From the IMG/VR virus record IMGVR_UViG_2778261575_000003: 34,113 nt of DNA, one strand, 5' to 3'. Made by a program: the position numbers and the translations under genes. The stretch is from a virus (taxonomy: Duplodnaviria > Heunggongvirae > Uroviricota > Caudoviricetes). Positions 18,356-28,378 of the stretch are shown in pieces (the first letter of the stretch is position 1; the number at the start of each line of letters is the position of its first letter). The notes under the pieces were generated by a model. That model searched no databases. It worked only from the letters and a program-made list of their open reading frames with translations, and was not told the DNA's origin.

Positions 18356-18559
18356 GGTAGACAATATTACAAACCATATTCACTTTAGATGCCCGTGTTG
18401 TCATGGTTCCCAGTATAGAACATCATCTTTTGATGTTTCTGACATGAATCCTTTCGGGGCAAAATGTATCTTTTGTAAATCAATGATGATTACATTTGAT
18501 AATATTTCACAATACTTAAATGCCAGCCGTCTGTCGTTGGATTTAAAAAAGTGAAAATG

Positions 18560-18583
18560 AAGGCTCCTTCGGGAGCTTTTTTG
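18560..18583 (+). terminator. Rho-independent terminator
   Basis: GCTCC-TTCG-GGAGC hairpin followed by TTTTTT. Confidence 0.7.
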
Positions 18584-18626
18584 CTTGGTGTCTATTCGAT
18601 GGATACTCACATACTACGGTAACATC

Positions 18627-18857
18627 ATGAAAAAAATCATAGTTTTTTTTAACTCTGAACCAGCAGTGGTAGTGCCAGCGATGACTGGAGTTAACACCAT
18701 CATGCGTGAATATCCAAATGGCGAAAAAACACACCTTACTGTAATGGCCGCAGGGTTTCCATCTCTGACCGGAGATCATAAAGTCATTTATGTAGCCGCG
18801 GATCGACATGTTACTTCAGAAGAAATTCTGGAAGCAGCAATAAGGCTCTTGAGTTGA
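18627..18857 (+). CDS. Hypothetical protein
   Basis: 76 aa from ATG 18627 (ORF track start 18585 is TTG); weak RBS. Confidence 0.4.
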   Translation: MKKIIVFFNSEPAVVVPAMTGVNTIMREYPNGEKTHLTVMAAGFPSLTGDHKVIYVAADRHVTSEEILEAAIRLLS

Positions 18858-19028
18858 TTTGATGCTATTGCATTGATAATTCAGAAAAATTCTCTTTGTC
18901 TGTTTGTGTAAAATTTAGACTATCGTATGTTGATTATTGCGATGTTTCATCTTATCTTTTACACGTTTGCACCATATAATCGACTTACTGTGTAACTGGA
19001 AAGTCATAACAGACTAAAAGAGGAAATG

Positions 19029-19202
19029 ATGAATATTGAAGACTTAAAAACAAAAGCAGAAGCAGATATTTCTGAATATATAACAAAAAAAATTATTGAA
19101 CTTAAGAAAAAGACCGGGAAAGAAGTTACCAGTATTCAGTTTACCGCACGGGAAAAAATGACGGGTCTTGAAAGCTATGATGTCAAGATTAATTTAATCT
19201 GA
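19029..19202 (+). CDS. gnsB: GnsA/GnsB-family protein
   Basis: 57-aa ORF below the track cutoff: MNIEDLKTKAEADISEYITKKIIELKKKTGKEVTSIQFTAREKMTGLESYDVKINLI; AGAGG RBS 5 nt upstream. Confidence 0.75.
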   Translation: MNIEDLKTKAEADISEYITKKIIELKKKTGKEVTSIQFTAREKMTGLESYDVKINLI

Positions 19203-19353
19203 TGTATTCAATAATAAAATTTATCCATAAACCTCGTTTTTACGGGGTTTTGTTATATTTGAATGGTTCCGAATATCTAAATCACAATTGTTGATGGTTT
19301 TTATTAAACCAATGCAGTCCGGCTCAGGAGTGAGAGAAGCCGGACGTTATGGT

Positions 19354-19764
19354 TTAGCGTGGTAAGATCTGTGTAGTTTTCTGGATGCTTTCAGTAAATA
19401 GTAATGAGTTATCAAAGGCATAGTAATATCTTTGGTGTTCCTGGATATTTGTAACCCATCGGAAAACTCCTGCTTTAGCAAGATTTTCCCTGTATTGTTG
19501 AAATGTGATTTCTTTTGATTTCAACTTATTATAGGAGGTCTCTATAAGATGTTTGTTTCTGGAGAATTTAACATTTACAACCTTTTTGAGTCCTTTTACT
19601 AACACTATGTTGTCGTTTTCTAACACAATGTGAATATTATCTGTGGCTAAATAGTAAATATAAAGTGAGACATTGTGACGTTTTAGCTCAGAATAAAATA
19701 ATTCACAGTTTAAATCTTTACGCACTTGATCGAATATTTCTTTAAAAATGGCAGCCTGAGCCAT
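19354..19764 (-). CDS. YdfO-like protein (DUF1398)
   Basis: 136 aa from the internal ATG 19764 (GGAAGG RBS). Confidence 0.65.
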   Translation of the reverse strand: MAQAAIFKEIFDQVRKDLNCELFYSELKRHNVSLYIYYLATDNIHIVLENDNIVLVKGLKKVVNVKFSRNKHLIETSYNKLKSKEITFQQYRENLAKAGVFRWVTNIQEHQRYYYAFDNSLLFTESIQKTTQILPR

Positions 19765-20064
19765 TGGTAAACCTTCCATGTGATACGATGGCGCGTAGTT
19801 TGCATTATCGTGTTTATTGTTTCAATCTGGTCTGACCTCTTTGTGTTTTGTTGATGATTTATGTCAAATATTAAGCCTGTTTTTAATGAATAGTGTTGAT
19901 TGCGTAACAAAGTTGAGCCTTGCTGGCATCCAGGAGGGATATGCAACCGACAGATGTATGTAAGGTCGATGTACTCAAACTTTCATACTTTTCCTCTTTT
20001 ATGCAGAAAGATTTGAAGTAATATTTTAACCGCTAGATGACGAGCAAACGCATGGAGCGACAAA

Positions 20065-20271
20065 ATGAATAAAGAACAATCTGCTGATGAACTCTCGTTG
20101 GATCTGATTCGTGTAAAAAATATGCTTAATAGCACCATTTCTATGAGTTACCCGGATGTTGTAATCGCATGTATAGAACATCAGGTGTCTCTGGAAGCAT
20201 TCAGGGCAATTGAGGCAGCGTTGGTGAAGCACGATAAGAATTCGAAGGATTATTCCCTGGTGGTTGACTGA
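20065..20271 (+). CDS. Hypothetical protein (YnfO-like position)
   Basis: 68-aa ORF with ATG start in AT-rich cargo region. Confidence 0.45.
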   Translation: MNKEQSADELSLDLIRVKNMLNSTISMSYPDVVIACIEHQVSLEAFRAIEAALVKHDKNSKDYSLVVD

Positions 20272-20824
20272 GCACCATAACTGCTAATCATTCAAACTAT
20301 TTAACCTGTGACAGAGTCAATGTCGCATTCTGTCACTGTCAGGCTAATACAGAGCTGCAATTCAACTACTGCAATGTCCTCGTAATTAGGTGAATTTACA
20401 TATCGTCCTGTTCGGATGCCGGCTGCATTGCTGAAGATGAGGCATTTATGGTTCGCATATTTTCCCCTCATGCTCGTCAGTCCTGTGCGTAGGAAGAAAC
20501 AGGACACTCACACTAATTTGTGTGGGCATGCTGTGATGTCCTTCTGAATTATTCCTATGCCATTATGTAAAGCGCTGTATCAGATGCTCGTCACGGCTGT
20601 CAGGCTGTCGGGTCCTCCCGGTGGGGGCCCCTGCCACGGGGCGGGAGCGTCGCGGAAAAAGGCTAGTTTTTGAAATTTTATTCGTCATCACCACTACTGT
20701 AATTGATTGATATTACAGTTGTTTTATTTTTATGGTGTCGATTCTGATTGTTTTTTGTTCATCACTAACACCGTTTGCCTAAAGTTGTTCGCAAGATGCA
20801 TGTTTAAAACATTCTGGAGCGGGT

Positions 20825-21319
20825 ATGGATCGAGAGTTAAAAAATCTGACGCTGAATATCAGTCAACTGGCGGCATTGTCAGGTGTACATCGCCAGACTG
20901 CTGCGGCAAGGCTGCAAAATCTACCCGTTGCAGGGGGGCATGAAAGCAACCTCAAGCTTTATCGGGTGGTTGATATTGTGTCGGCATTTCTGGCATTACC
21001 ACCGCCGGTTGCAGAAGGCGAAATGGACGCGCATGAGCGCAAAGCCTGGTATCAGTCTGAACGTGAGCGTCTTAAGTTCGAACAGGAAACGGCACAACTC
21101 ATTCCGGCCAGTGATGTCAGACGGGAGTTTGCCATCTGGGCAAAAGCGGTCGTGCAGGTGCTGGAGACATTACCGGATATTCTTGAACGTGACTGCGGTC
21201 TGCAGCCTGCCGCTGTGAGCCGTGTTCAGTCCATTATTGATGATCTGCGCGATCAGATAGCCCTGCGGGTGACTGAAGCAGGTGCGGATGATGAGGAGGA
21301 ATTACAGCAGGAGGAGTAA
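20825..21319 (+). CDS. Terminase small subunit (Nu1/NohA-like, N-terminal HTH)
   Basis: 164 aa; N-terminal HTH-like LNISQLAALSGVHRQTAAARL, acidic C-terminus; stop overlaps the large terminase ATG. Confidence 0.7.
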   Translation: MDRELKNLTLNISQLAALSGVHRQTAAARLQNLPVAGGHESNLKLYRVVDIVSAFLALPPPVAEGEMDAHERKAWYQSERERLKFEQETAQLIPASDVRREFAIWAKAVVQVLETLPDILERDCGLQPAAVSRVQSIIDDLRDQIALRVTEAGADDEEELQQEE

Positions 21320-23421
21320 TGCTGAATCAGGAAACCGCAAAGGCAGCACGAACCGATTCAGGTTATATCCTTCGCGCACCGAGACGAATGCGGGTTGCTG
21401 ATGCCGTTGCTCAGTATATGCGGGTGCCCATGGGGGCAGGGAACTCAGTCCCGTGGGATCCGCTGGTGGCACCGTATGTTATTGAGCCTATGAACTGCCT
21501 GGCCTCGCGTGAATACGACGCAGTGATATTTGTTGGCCCGGCACGAACCGGCAAGACTATCGGCCTGATTGACGGCTGGGTGATTTACAACGTGATTTGC
21601 GATCCTGCTGATATGCTGATCATTCAGATGACGGAGGAAAAAGCCCGCGAACACTCCAAAAAACGACTCGCCAGAACGTTTCGCGTCAGCCCGGAAGTGG
21701 TCAGTCGCCTGAGTCCGAACAAAAATGACAACAACGTTTATGACAGAACATTCCTTGCTGGCAACTACCTGAAAATCGGCTGGCCGTCAGTCAATATCAT
21801 GTCTTCATCAGATTATAAATGCGTGGCGCTGACGGATTATGACCGTTTTCCGGAAGATATTGATGGTGAGGGGGATGCCTTCTCTCTTGCCTCAAAACGT
21901 ACCACCACATTTATGTCCAGTGGTATGACGCTGGTGGAGAGTTCCCCCGGCAGGGATGTGAAGGATGTGAAATGGCGACGGGCTTCACCGCATGAGGCTC
22001 CACCAACCACGGGGATTCTGTCGCTCTATAACCGTGGCGATCGCCGTCGCTGGTACTGGCCCTGTCCACACTGTGGTGAGTATTTTCAGCCCTGCGGCGA
22101 TGTGGTTGCTGGTTTCCGTGATATTGCCGATCCTGTGCTGGCAAGTGAGGCGGCTTATATTCAGTGTCCTTCCTGTTCAGGACGGATTTTGCCTGAACAA
22201 AAACGCGAGCTGAACGGACGTGGGGTCTGGTTACGGGATGGTGAATCCATCAATGCAGATGGCAGTCGTTATGGTGATCCCCGGCGTTCACGTATTGCGT
22301 CATTCTGGATGGAGGGGCCGGCAGCTGCTTATCAGACACTCTCGCAACTCGTTTACAAACTGCTTACTGCAGAACAGGAATACGAGACAACCGGAAGTGA
22401 AGAGACACTCAAGACGGTTATCAATACCGACTGGGGATTACCTTATCTTCCCCGCGCCAGCATGGAGCAACGAAAAAGTGAATTGCTTGAGCAGCGGGCA
22501 GAGCCAGTTCCTTCCCGCAGTGTGCCGGATGGCGTTAATTTCCTTGTGGCGACAGTGGATGTGCAGGCGGGACGTCATCGCCGTTTTGTGGTTCAGGTAA
22601 CGGGCTATGGCAGCCGTGGCGAACGCTGGATTATTGATCGTTACAACATCACGCAGTCATTGCGCGGTGACAGCGACGGGGAGAGCCAGCGAATTGATCC
22701 GGCCAGCTATCCGGAAGACTGGGATGTCCTGCTGACGGATGTTTTTCATAAAAGCTGGCCGCTGGCCTCCGATCCTTCTCAACAAATGCGACTGATGGCA
22801 ATGGCGGTGGACTCCGGCGGTGAAGACGGGGTCACTGATAATGCCTATAAATTCTGGCGTCGTTGCCGTCGTGATGGCCTTGGTAAACGTATTTACCTGT
22901 TTAAGGGCGACAGCATCCGGCGCGCAAAACTGATCACCCGTACATTCCCTGATAACACCGGACGAACGGGCCGACGGGCGCAGGCCGCAGGTGATGTACC
23001 GCTCTGGCTTCTTCAGACGGATGCCCTGAAAGACCGGGTGAATAACGCGTTATGGCGTGACTCGCCAGGTCCCGGCTATGTGCATTTCCCTGACTGGCTG
23101 GGGAGCTGGTTTTACGACGAACTGACGTATGAAGAGCGGAGCAGTGACGGGAAATGGAGTAAGCCGGGTCGCGGTGCCAACGAAGCTTTTGACCTGATGG
23201 TGTATGCCGAGGCTCTGGTCATTCTGCATGGATACGAAAAGATCCGCTGGCCGGATGCACCGGAGTGGGCGAGCCGGGAAACCTGGCTGGAGTGTGTCCC
23301 GGACAGTACCGAACCGTCACCCACACCGGAACCGGTATCCACGCCTGTTAAAAAACAAAAACGGAAGAAAACAGTAACTGACGATGTTAACCCCTGGCTG
23401 ACTTCCGGAGGATGGTTATGA
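21319..23421 (+). CDS. Terminase large subunit (lambda gpA family)
   Basis: 700 aa; Walker A FVGPARTGKT, zinc-finger-like CPHCGE...CPSCSG; followed by W and portal genes. Confidence 0.95.
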   Translation: MLNQETAKAARTDSGYILRAPRRMRVADAVAQYMRVPMGAGNSVPWDPLVAPYVIEPMNCLASREYDAVIFVGPARTGKTIGLIDGWVIYNVICDPADMLIIQMTEEKAREHSKKRLARTFRVSPEVVSRLSPNKNDNNVYDRTFLAGNYLKIGWPSVNIMSSSDYKCVALTDYDRFPEDIDGEGDAFSLASKRTTTFMSSGMTLVESSPGRDVKDVKWRRASPHEAPPTTGILSLYNRGDRRRWYWPCPHCGEYFQPCGDVVAGFRDIADPVLASEAAYIQCPSCSGRILPEQKRELNGRGVWLRDGESINADGSRYGDPRRSRIASFWMEGPAAAYQTLSQLVYKLLTAEQEYETTGSEETLKTVINTDWGLPYLPRASMEQRKSELLEQRAEPVPSRSVPDGVNFLVATVDVQAGRHRRFVVQVTGYGSRGERWIIDRYNITQSLRGDSDGESQRIDPASYPEDWDVLLTDVFHKSWPLASDPSQQMRLMAMAVDSGGEDGVTDNAYKFWRRCRRDGLGKRIYLFKGDSIRRAKLITRTFPDNTGRTGRRAQAAGDVPLWLLQTDALKDRVNNALWRDSPGPGYVHFPDWLGSWFYDELTYEERSSDGKWSKPGRGANEAFDLMVYAEALVILHGYEKIRWPDAPEWASRETWLECVPDSTEPSPTPEPVSTPVKKQKRKKTVTDDVNPWLTSGGWL

Positions 23422-23630
23422 ATCAGAATGATATTGAAGCCATGATTCAGCGTTATACGGAAGCTGAAATGGCGGTGCTGGACGGAAAATCCGTCACTTT
23501 TAATGGTCAGCAGATGACCATGGAAAACTTATCTGAGATCCGGCAGGGGCGGCAGGAGTGGGAGCGCCGCCTTGCGGCTCTGATTACACGACGACGGGGG
23601 CATCCCGGGTACCGGCTGGCGAGGTTCTGA
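23418..23630 (+). CDS. Head-tail joining protein W (gpW-like)
   Basis: 70 aa from ATG 23418 (GGAGG 6 nt upstream); position between terminase and portal. Confidence 0.8.
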   Translation: MNQNDIEAMIQRYTEAEMAVLDGKSVTFNGQQMTMENLSEIRQGRQEWERRLAALITRRRGHPGYRLARF

Positions 23631-25138
23631 TGGCAATTCTTGATGATGTGATTGGCGTTTTTTCACCAGGATGGAAAGCGGCAAGGCTGCGTTCCCGAGC
23701 GGTGATCCAAGCTTATGAGGCCGTAAAAACGACGCGGACACACAAAGCCCGACGGGAGAACCGAACTGCCGACCAGTTAAGCCAGTACGGGGCCGTGTCG
23801 TTACGTGAGCAGGCCCGTTACCTTGATAACAACCACGATCTGGTCATTGGTGTATTTGACAAGCTGGAAGAACGGGTGGTGGGGAAAAACGGGATTATTG
23901 TCGAGCCACATCCGGTATTACGCAATGGTGCCATTGCCCGTGACCTGGCAGCGGAGATACGTACCCGATGGAGTGAATGGTCTGTCAGTCCGGAAGTCAC
24001 CGGGCAGTTTACCCGTCCGATGCTGGAACGTCTGATGCTGCGTACCTGGCTGCGCGATGGTGAGGTGTTTGCCCAGATGGTTTCCGGGCGCATAAACAGC
24101 CTGACGCCTTCTGCCGGTGTTCATTTCTGGCTGGAGGCGCTCGAGCCGGACTTTATTCCCATGACCAGTGATGAGAGCAACAGGCTGAATCAGGGCGTGT
24201 TTGTTGATGACTGGGGGCGTCCCGAAAAATATCTGGTGTATAAAAGTCGTCCTGTATCCGGACGGCAGATGGAAACCAAAGAAGTGGATGCAGAGCGAAT
24301 GCTGCATCTTAAATTTGTTCGCCGTCTGCACCAGATGCGCGGGACGTCTTTATTGTCCGGTGTGCTGATCCGCCTCAGCGCCCTGAAAGAGTATGAAGAT
24401 TCTGAGCTGACTGCAGCAAGGATCGCCGCTGCTCTGGGGATGTACATCCGGAAAGGCGACGGACAGAGCTATGAAACGGATGGTAATGACAGCAAGGAGA
24501 ATGAACGCGAGCTTACCATTCAGCCAGGCATTATTTACGACGATCTGAAACCCGGCGAAGAAATCGGAATGGTGAAGTCGGATCGTCCCAATCCTAACCT
24601 TGAAACTTTTCGTAATGGTCAGTTGCGTGCCGTGGCGGCGGGCAGTCGTCTGAGTTTTTCCAGTACGGCACGCAACTATAACGGCACTTACAGCGCCCAG
24701 CGTCAGGAACTGGTTGAGTCTACTGATGGCTACCTGATCCTGCAGGACTGGTTTATTGGTGCCGTCACCCGCCCGATATATCGTGCCTGGCTGAAACAGG
24801 CTGTGGCATCCGGTGTTATCAGGCTACCCCGCGATCTTGACCGTTCTTCACTGTATACCGCGGTGTATTCCGGACCAGTGATGCCGTGGATTGACCCTGT
24901 TAAGGAGGCTGAGGCCTGGAAAATCCAGATTCGTGGTGGAGCGGCGACAGAATCAGACTGGGTACGTGCTGGTGGTCGTAATCCGGATGATGTCAAACGT
25001 CGGCGCAAGGCCGAAATTGATGAAAACCGCAAGCTGGATCTGGTATTTGATACCGATCCGGCCAGTGATAAAGGAGGCAGCAGTGCCGCAACGAAACGAC
25101 AGGAGCCGCAGCACACCGACGACCAGTCCGAAGAATAA
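23630..25138 (+). CDS. Portal protein (lambda gpB family)
   Basis: 502 aa from ATG 23630, which overlaps the W stop (TGATG); size and position are those of lambda B. Confidence 0.9.
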   Translation: MAILDDVIGVFSPGWKAARLRSRAVIQAYEAVKTTRTHKARRENRTADQLSQYGAVSLREQARYLDNNHDLVIGVFDKLEERVVGKNGIIVEPHPVLRNGAIARDLAAEIRTRWSEWSVSPEVTGQFTRPMLERLMLRTWLRDGEVFAQMVSGRINSLTPSAGVHFWLEALEPDFIPMTSDESNRLNQGVFVDDWGRPEKYLVYKSRPVSGRQMETKEVDAERMLHLKFVRRLHQMRGTSLLSGVLIRLSALKEYEDSELTAARIAAALGMYIRKGDGQSYETDGNDSKENERELTIQPGIIYDDLKPGEEIGMVKSDRPNPNLETFRNGQLRAVAAGSRLSFSSTARNYNGTYSAQRQELVESTDGYLILQDWFIGAVTRPIYRAWLKQAVASGVIRLPRDLDRSSLYTAVYSGPVMPWIDPVKEAEAWKIQIRGGAATESDWVRAGGRNPDDVKRRRKAEIDENRKLDLVFDTDPASDKGGSSAATKRQEPQHTDDQSEE

Positions 25139-25151
25139 TTCCTGGTTCAGG

Positions 25152-27110
25152 ATGCAGGCTGGTCACCAGAGTGACGCGGATATTTATATTTATGACGAGA
25201 TTGGTTTCTGGGGTGTTACAGCGAAGCAGTTTATCAGTGATCTGAATGCACTGGGCGATATCACCCACATTAATCTCCATATTAATTCACCGGGTGGCGA
25301 TGTCTTTGAAGGCATCGCCATTTTTAATGCGCTGAAAACACATGGTGCGTCCATTACCGTTTATGTCGACGGTGTGGCGGCGTCAATGGCGTCGGTCATT
25401 GCGATGGTGGGAAACCCGGTCATTATGCCGGAAAACACTTTCATGATGATTCATAAACCATTTGGCTTTACGGGCGGTGATGCGGAGGACATGCGCACCT
25501 ATGCCGACCTACTCGATAAAGTTGAGGCGGTTCTGTTACCCGCTTATGCACAGAAAACCGGGAAAACCACCGATGAAATTGCTGCCATGCTGGCGGATGA
25601 GACCTGGATGTCCGGTGCCGAATGTCTGGCACATGGATTTGCTGATCAGGTAACGCCAGCCGTTAAGGCAATGGCATGTATTCAGTCAAAACGTACAGAG
25701 GAATTTAAAAAGATGCCGGAATCCATTCGAAACATGATTACTCCGCCACGCAACAGTGCTCCACGCGTACAGGATGATGAACCTGCAGCCTCCCGGACGC
25801 CAGTGCAGGCAGCAGCACCCGTGGTGGATGAAAACAGTATCCGTGCGCAGGTACTGGCAGAGCAAAAAGCGCGTGTAAACGGTATTAATGATCTGTTTGC
25901 CATGTTTGGCGGGCGTTATCAGACTCTGCAGGCTCAGTGTCTTGCCGATCCTGAATGTTCGCTGGAGCAGGCCCGCGAAAAGCTGTTGAACGAGATGGGG
26001 CGCGAGTCCACGCCATCCAATAAAAATACCCCGGCTCATATTTATGCCGGTAACGGTAATTTTGTGGGGGACGGGATCCGCCAGGCGCTGATGGCGCGTG
26101 CCGGATTTGAAAAAACCGAACGTGATAATGTCTACAACGGGATGACCCTGCGTGAATATGCCCGTATGTCACTGACTGAACGGGGTATTGGGGTTTCCAG
26201 TTATAACCCGATGCAGATGGTCGGTGCGGCGTTCACACACAGTACGTCTGACTTCGGTAATATTCTGCTGGATGTTGCGAACAAAGCCATTCTGCAGGGC
26301 TGGGAAGATGCTCCTGAAACCTATGAACAGTGGACGCGGAAAGGTCAGTTGTCTGATTTTAAAATTGCCCATCGTGTGGGTATGGGGGGCTTCAGTGCTC
26401 TGCGTCAGGTGCGTGAAGGGGCGGAATATAAATACGTCACCACCGGAGATAAACAGGCCACTATTGCACTGGCGACCTATGGCGAGCTGTTCAGTATCAC
26501 CCGTCAGGCCATTATCAATGATGATCTGAATATGCTGACCGATGTCCCGATGAAGCTGGGCCGTGCGGCGAAATCCACCATTGCCGATCTGGTTTATGCC
26601 ATTCTGACGTCTAACCCGAAAATCTCCACAGATAATGTAAGTCTGTTCGATAAAGCGAAACATGCAAACGTACTGGAGAGCGCTGCAATGGACGTGGCAT
26701 CGCTGGATAAAGCCCGCCAGTTGATGCGCGTTCAGAAAGAGGGGGAGCGTCATCTGAATATTCGTCCTGCGTTCGTACTGGTACCGACGGCGATGGAGTC
26801 TGTTGCTAACCAGGTCATTCGCTCCTCAAGTGTCAAGGGGGCTGACATTAACGCCGGTATTATTAACCCGGTGAAAGATTTTGCGACCGTTATTGCAGAG
26901 CCTCGTCTTGATGATAACAGCCAGACCACCTTCTACCTGGCTGCGTCCAAAGGCTCCGATACGATTGAAGTGGCTTATCTCAACGGTGTGGATACGCCAT
27001 ATATTGATCAGATGGAGGGCTTCAGTGTGGATGGCGTGACAACGAAAGTGCGTATTGACGCCGGTGTCGCGCCAGTTGATCACCGCGGTCTGGTGAAATG
27101 TACGGCGTAA
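25152..27110 (+). CDS. Head maturation protease (ClpP/S49-like) fused to major capsid protein
   Basis: N-terminal domain ...HINSPGGDVFEGIAIFNAL...VDGVAASMASVIAMVG... is ClpP-like; C-terminal ~350 aa is capsid-like. Start placed at the first ATG after the portal stop (25152, weak RBS); the frame is open back to 24891, so the true start is uncertain. Confidence 0.8.
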   Translation: MQAGHQSDADIYIYDEIGFWGVTAKQFISDLNALGDITHINLHINSPGGDVFEGIAIFNALKTHGASITVYVDGVAASMASVIAMVGNPVIMPENTFMMIHKPFGFTGGDAEDMRTYADLLDKVEAVLLPAYAQKTGKTTDEIAAMLADETWMSGAECLAHGFADQVTPAVKAMACIQSKRTEEFKKMPESIRNMITPPRNSAPRVQDDEPAASRTPVQAAAPVVDENSIRAQVLAEQKARVNGINDLFAMFGGRYQTLQAQCLADPECSLEQAREKLLNEMGRESTPSNKNTPAHIYAGNGNFVGDGIRQALMARAGFEKTERDNVYNGMTLREYARMSLTERGIGVSSYNPMQMVGAAFTHSTSDFGNILLDVANKAILQGWEDAPETYEQWTRKGQLSDFKIAHRVGMGGFSALRQVREGAEYKYVTTGDKQATIALATYGELFSITRQAIINDDLNMLTDVPMKLGRAAKSTIADLVYAILTSNPKISTDNVSLFDKAKHANVLESAAMDVASLDKARQLMRVQKEGERHLNIRPAFVLVPTAMESVANQVIRSSSVKGADINAGIINPVKDFATVIAEPRLDDNSQTTFYLAASKGSDTIEVAYLNGVDTPYIDQMEGFSVDGVTTKVRIDAGVAPVDHRGLVKCTA

Positions 27111-27133
27111 ACGTCGCAGACAACAACTCTGAT

Positions 27134-27153
27134 GGCCCGTAAGGGCTTTTTTT
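27134..27153 (+). terminator. Rho-independent terminator after capsid gene
   Basis: GGCCC-GTAA-GGGC hairpin followed by TTTTTTT. Confidence 0.7.
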
Positions 27154-27196
27154 GTACCTGAAATCAGCCTCTGAACGGGGCTGTGCGGAGACAGTT

Positions 27197-27520
27197 ATGG
27201 CAAAGAATTTTGTAGAAGAAGGAAAAACGGTGGCGATTGTTGCCAGTGCAGCCATCAGCAGCGGAGATCTGGTGCAGGTGGGTGATGTTTTTGCGGTGGC
27301 GCTGACCGATATTCCACAGGGTGAAACAGGCGACGGCATGACCGAAGGTGTGTTTATCCTGCCTAAACTGAAAACGGATGACATGAAAACGGGTAAGAAG
27401 GTTTATCTGAAGTCCGGAAAAGTTCAGCTGACTAACAGCGGCTCTGATCCGCTGGTCGGGGTTGTCTGGGCAGATGCCGGAACCAGTGCAGAAGAAGTGC
27501 CGGTAAAACTCAATGTCTGA
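27197..27520 (+). CDS. Small head-associated protein (DUF2190-like; possible decoration/stabilisation protein)
   Basis: 107 aa from ATG 27197 (GGAGA RBS); position right after the capsid gene. Confidence 0.55.
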   Translation: MAKNFVEEGKTVAIVASAAISSGDLVQVGDVFAVALTDIPQGETGDGMTEGVFILPKLKTDDMKTGKKVYLKSGKVQLTNSGSDPLVGVVWADAGTSAEEVPVKLNV

Positions 27521-27788
27521 TCCTTTTTCCCGGCTGGCAGCGCGTATGGATGCGATCACGGTCAGAAAGATGGGAAAGACAGCCTCGATTAATGATGTCG
27601 ATATGGCTGTGATCCCGGGCGAAACACTGGCAGAGCTGAATGCTCTGTCCGGACCTGCGGTCTCTCTGGTGGTGTTTTCTTCGGGATACCGCCCACGGCG
27701 CGGGGATCTCGTTGTTTATGACGGACAACAATGGACGGTCACACGGCATGAACGTTTTAACGGTAAGCCAATGATCTTTATTGAGTAA
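27513..27788 (+). CDS. Head-tail attachment / head completion protein (gpFII-like)
   Basis: 91-aa ORF in the head-tail joining position, overlapping the previous stop. Confidence 0.65.
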   Translation: MSDPFSRLAARMDAITVRKMGKTASINDVDMAVIPGETLAELNALSGPAVSLVVFSSGYRPRRGDLVVYDGQQWTVTRHERFNGKPMIFIE

Positions 27789-27799
27789 AGAGGTGTGGG

Positions 27800-28378
27800 A
27801 TGAAGGGGCTTGAGAATGCCATCCGCAATCTGAACAGCCTTGATACCCGTATGGTGCCACAGGCCAGCGCATGGGCGATAAACCGTGTGGCACAGAAAGC
27901 GGTCTCGGTTGCCACCCGGCAGGTTGCCGGGAATACCGTTGCGGGAGATAACCAGGTGAAAGGGATCCCCCTGAAACTGGTACGTCAGCGTGTCCGGGTG
28001 TTTAAAGCCAGTCCGTCAGGAAAAATGACGGCCAGGATCCGCGTTAACCGGGGCAATCTGCCCGCCATTAAGCTGGGGACAGCCCGGGTCAGACTGGCCC
28101 GGCGTGGTGGAAAACTGCAGTACCGTGGCAGTGTGCTGAAGGTGGGTAAATATCTTTTCCGGGATGCGTTTATTCAGCAACTGGCGAATGGTCGCTGGCA
28201 TGTGATGCGGCGTATTGATGGCAAAAATCGTTACCCCATTGATGTGGTGAAAATCCCGCTGTCCGGACCGCTGACACAGGCATTTGAAGATGCCCGCGAC
28301 CACATCATTGCTGCGGAAATGCCGAAACAGCTGGGGTATGCACTGAAACAACAACTGAGGTTATGGCTGACCCGATGA
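27800..28378 (+). CDS. Minor tail protein Z (gpZ-like)
   Basis: 192 aa, same length and position as lambda Z; basic. Confidence 0.8.
   Translation: MKGLENAIRNLNSLDTRMVPQASAWAINRVAQKAVSVATRQVAGNTVAGDNQVKGIPLKLVRQRVRVFKASPSGKMTARIRVNRGNLPAIKLGTARVRLARRGGKLQYRGSVLKVGKYLFRDAFIQQLANGRWHVMRRIDGKNRYPIDVVKIPLSGPLTQAFEDARDHIIAAEMPKQLGYALKQQLRLWLTR

Noticed and set aside
18401-18809. Minus-strand ORFs (69 and 88 aa) between cspI and the 76-aa ORF
   Set aside because: Overlap the terminator and a plus-strand ORF; poor composition.
20609-20655. Possible match to the lambda cosN 12-mer
   Set aside because: The GC-rich block does not contain the lambda cohesive-end sequence as I recall it; reported only as a candidate cos region of unknown type.
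21445-26753. Numerous minus-strand and off-frame ORFs within terminase, portal and capsid genes
   Set aside because: All embedded in long, well-supported structural genes; typical high-GC shadow frames.
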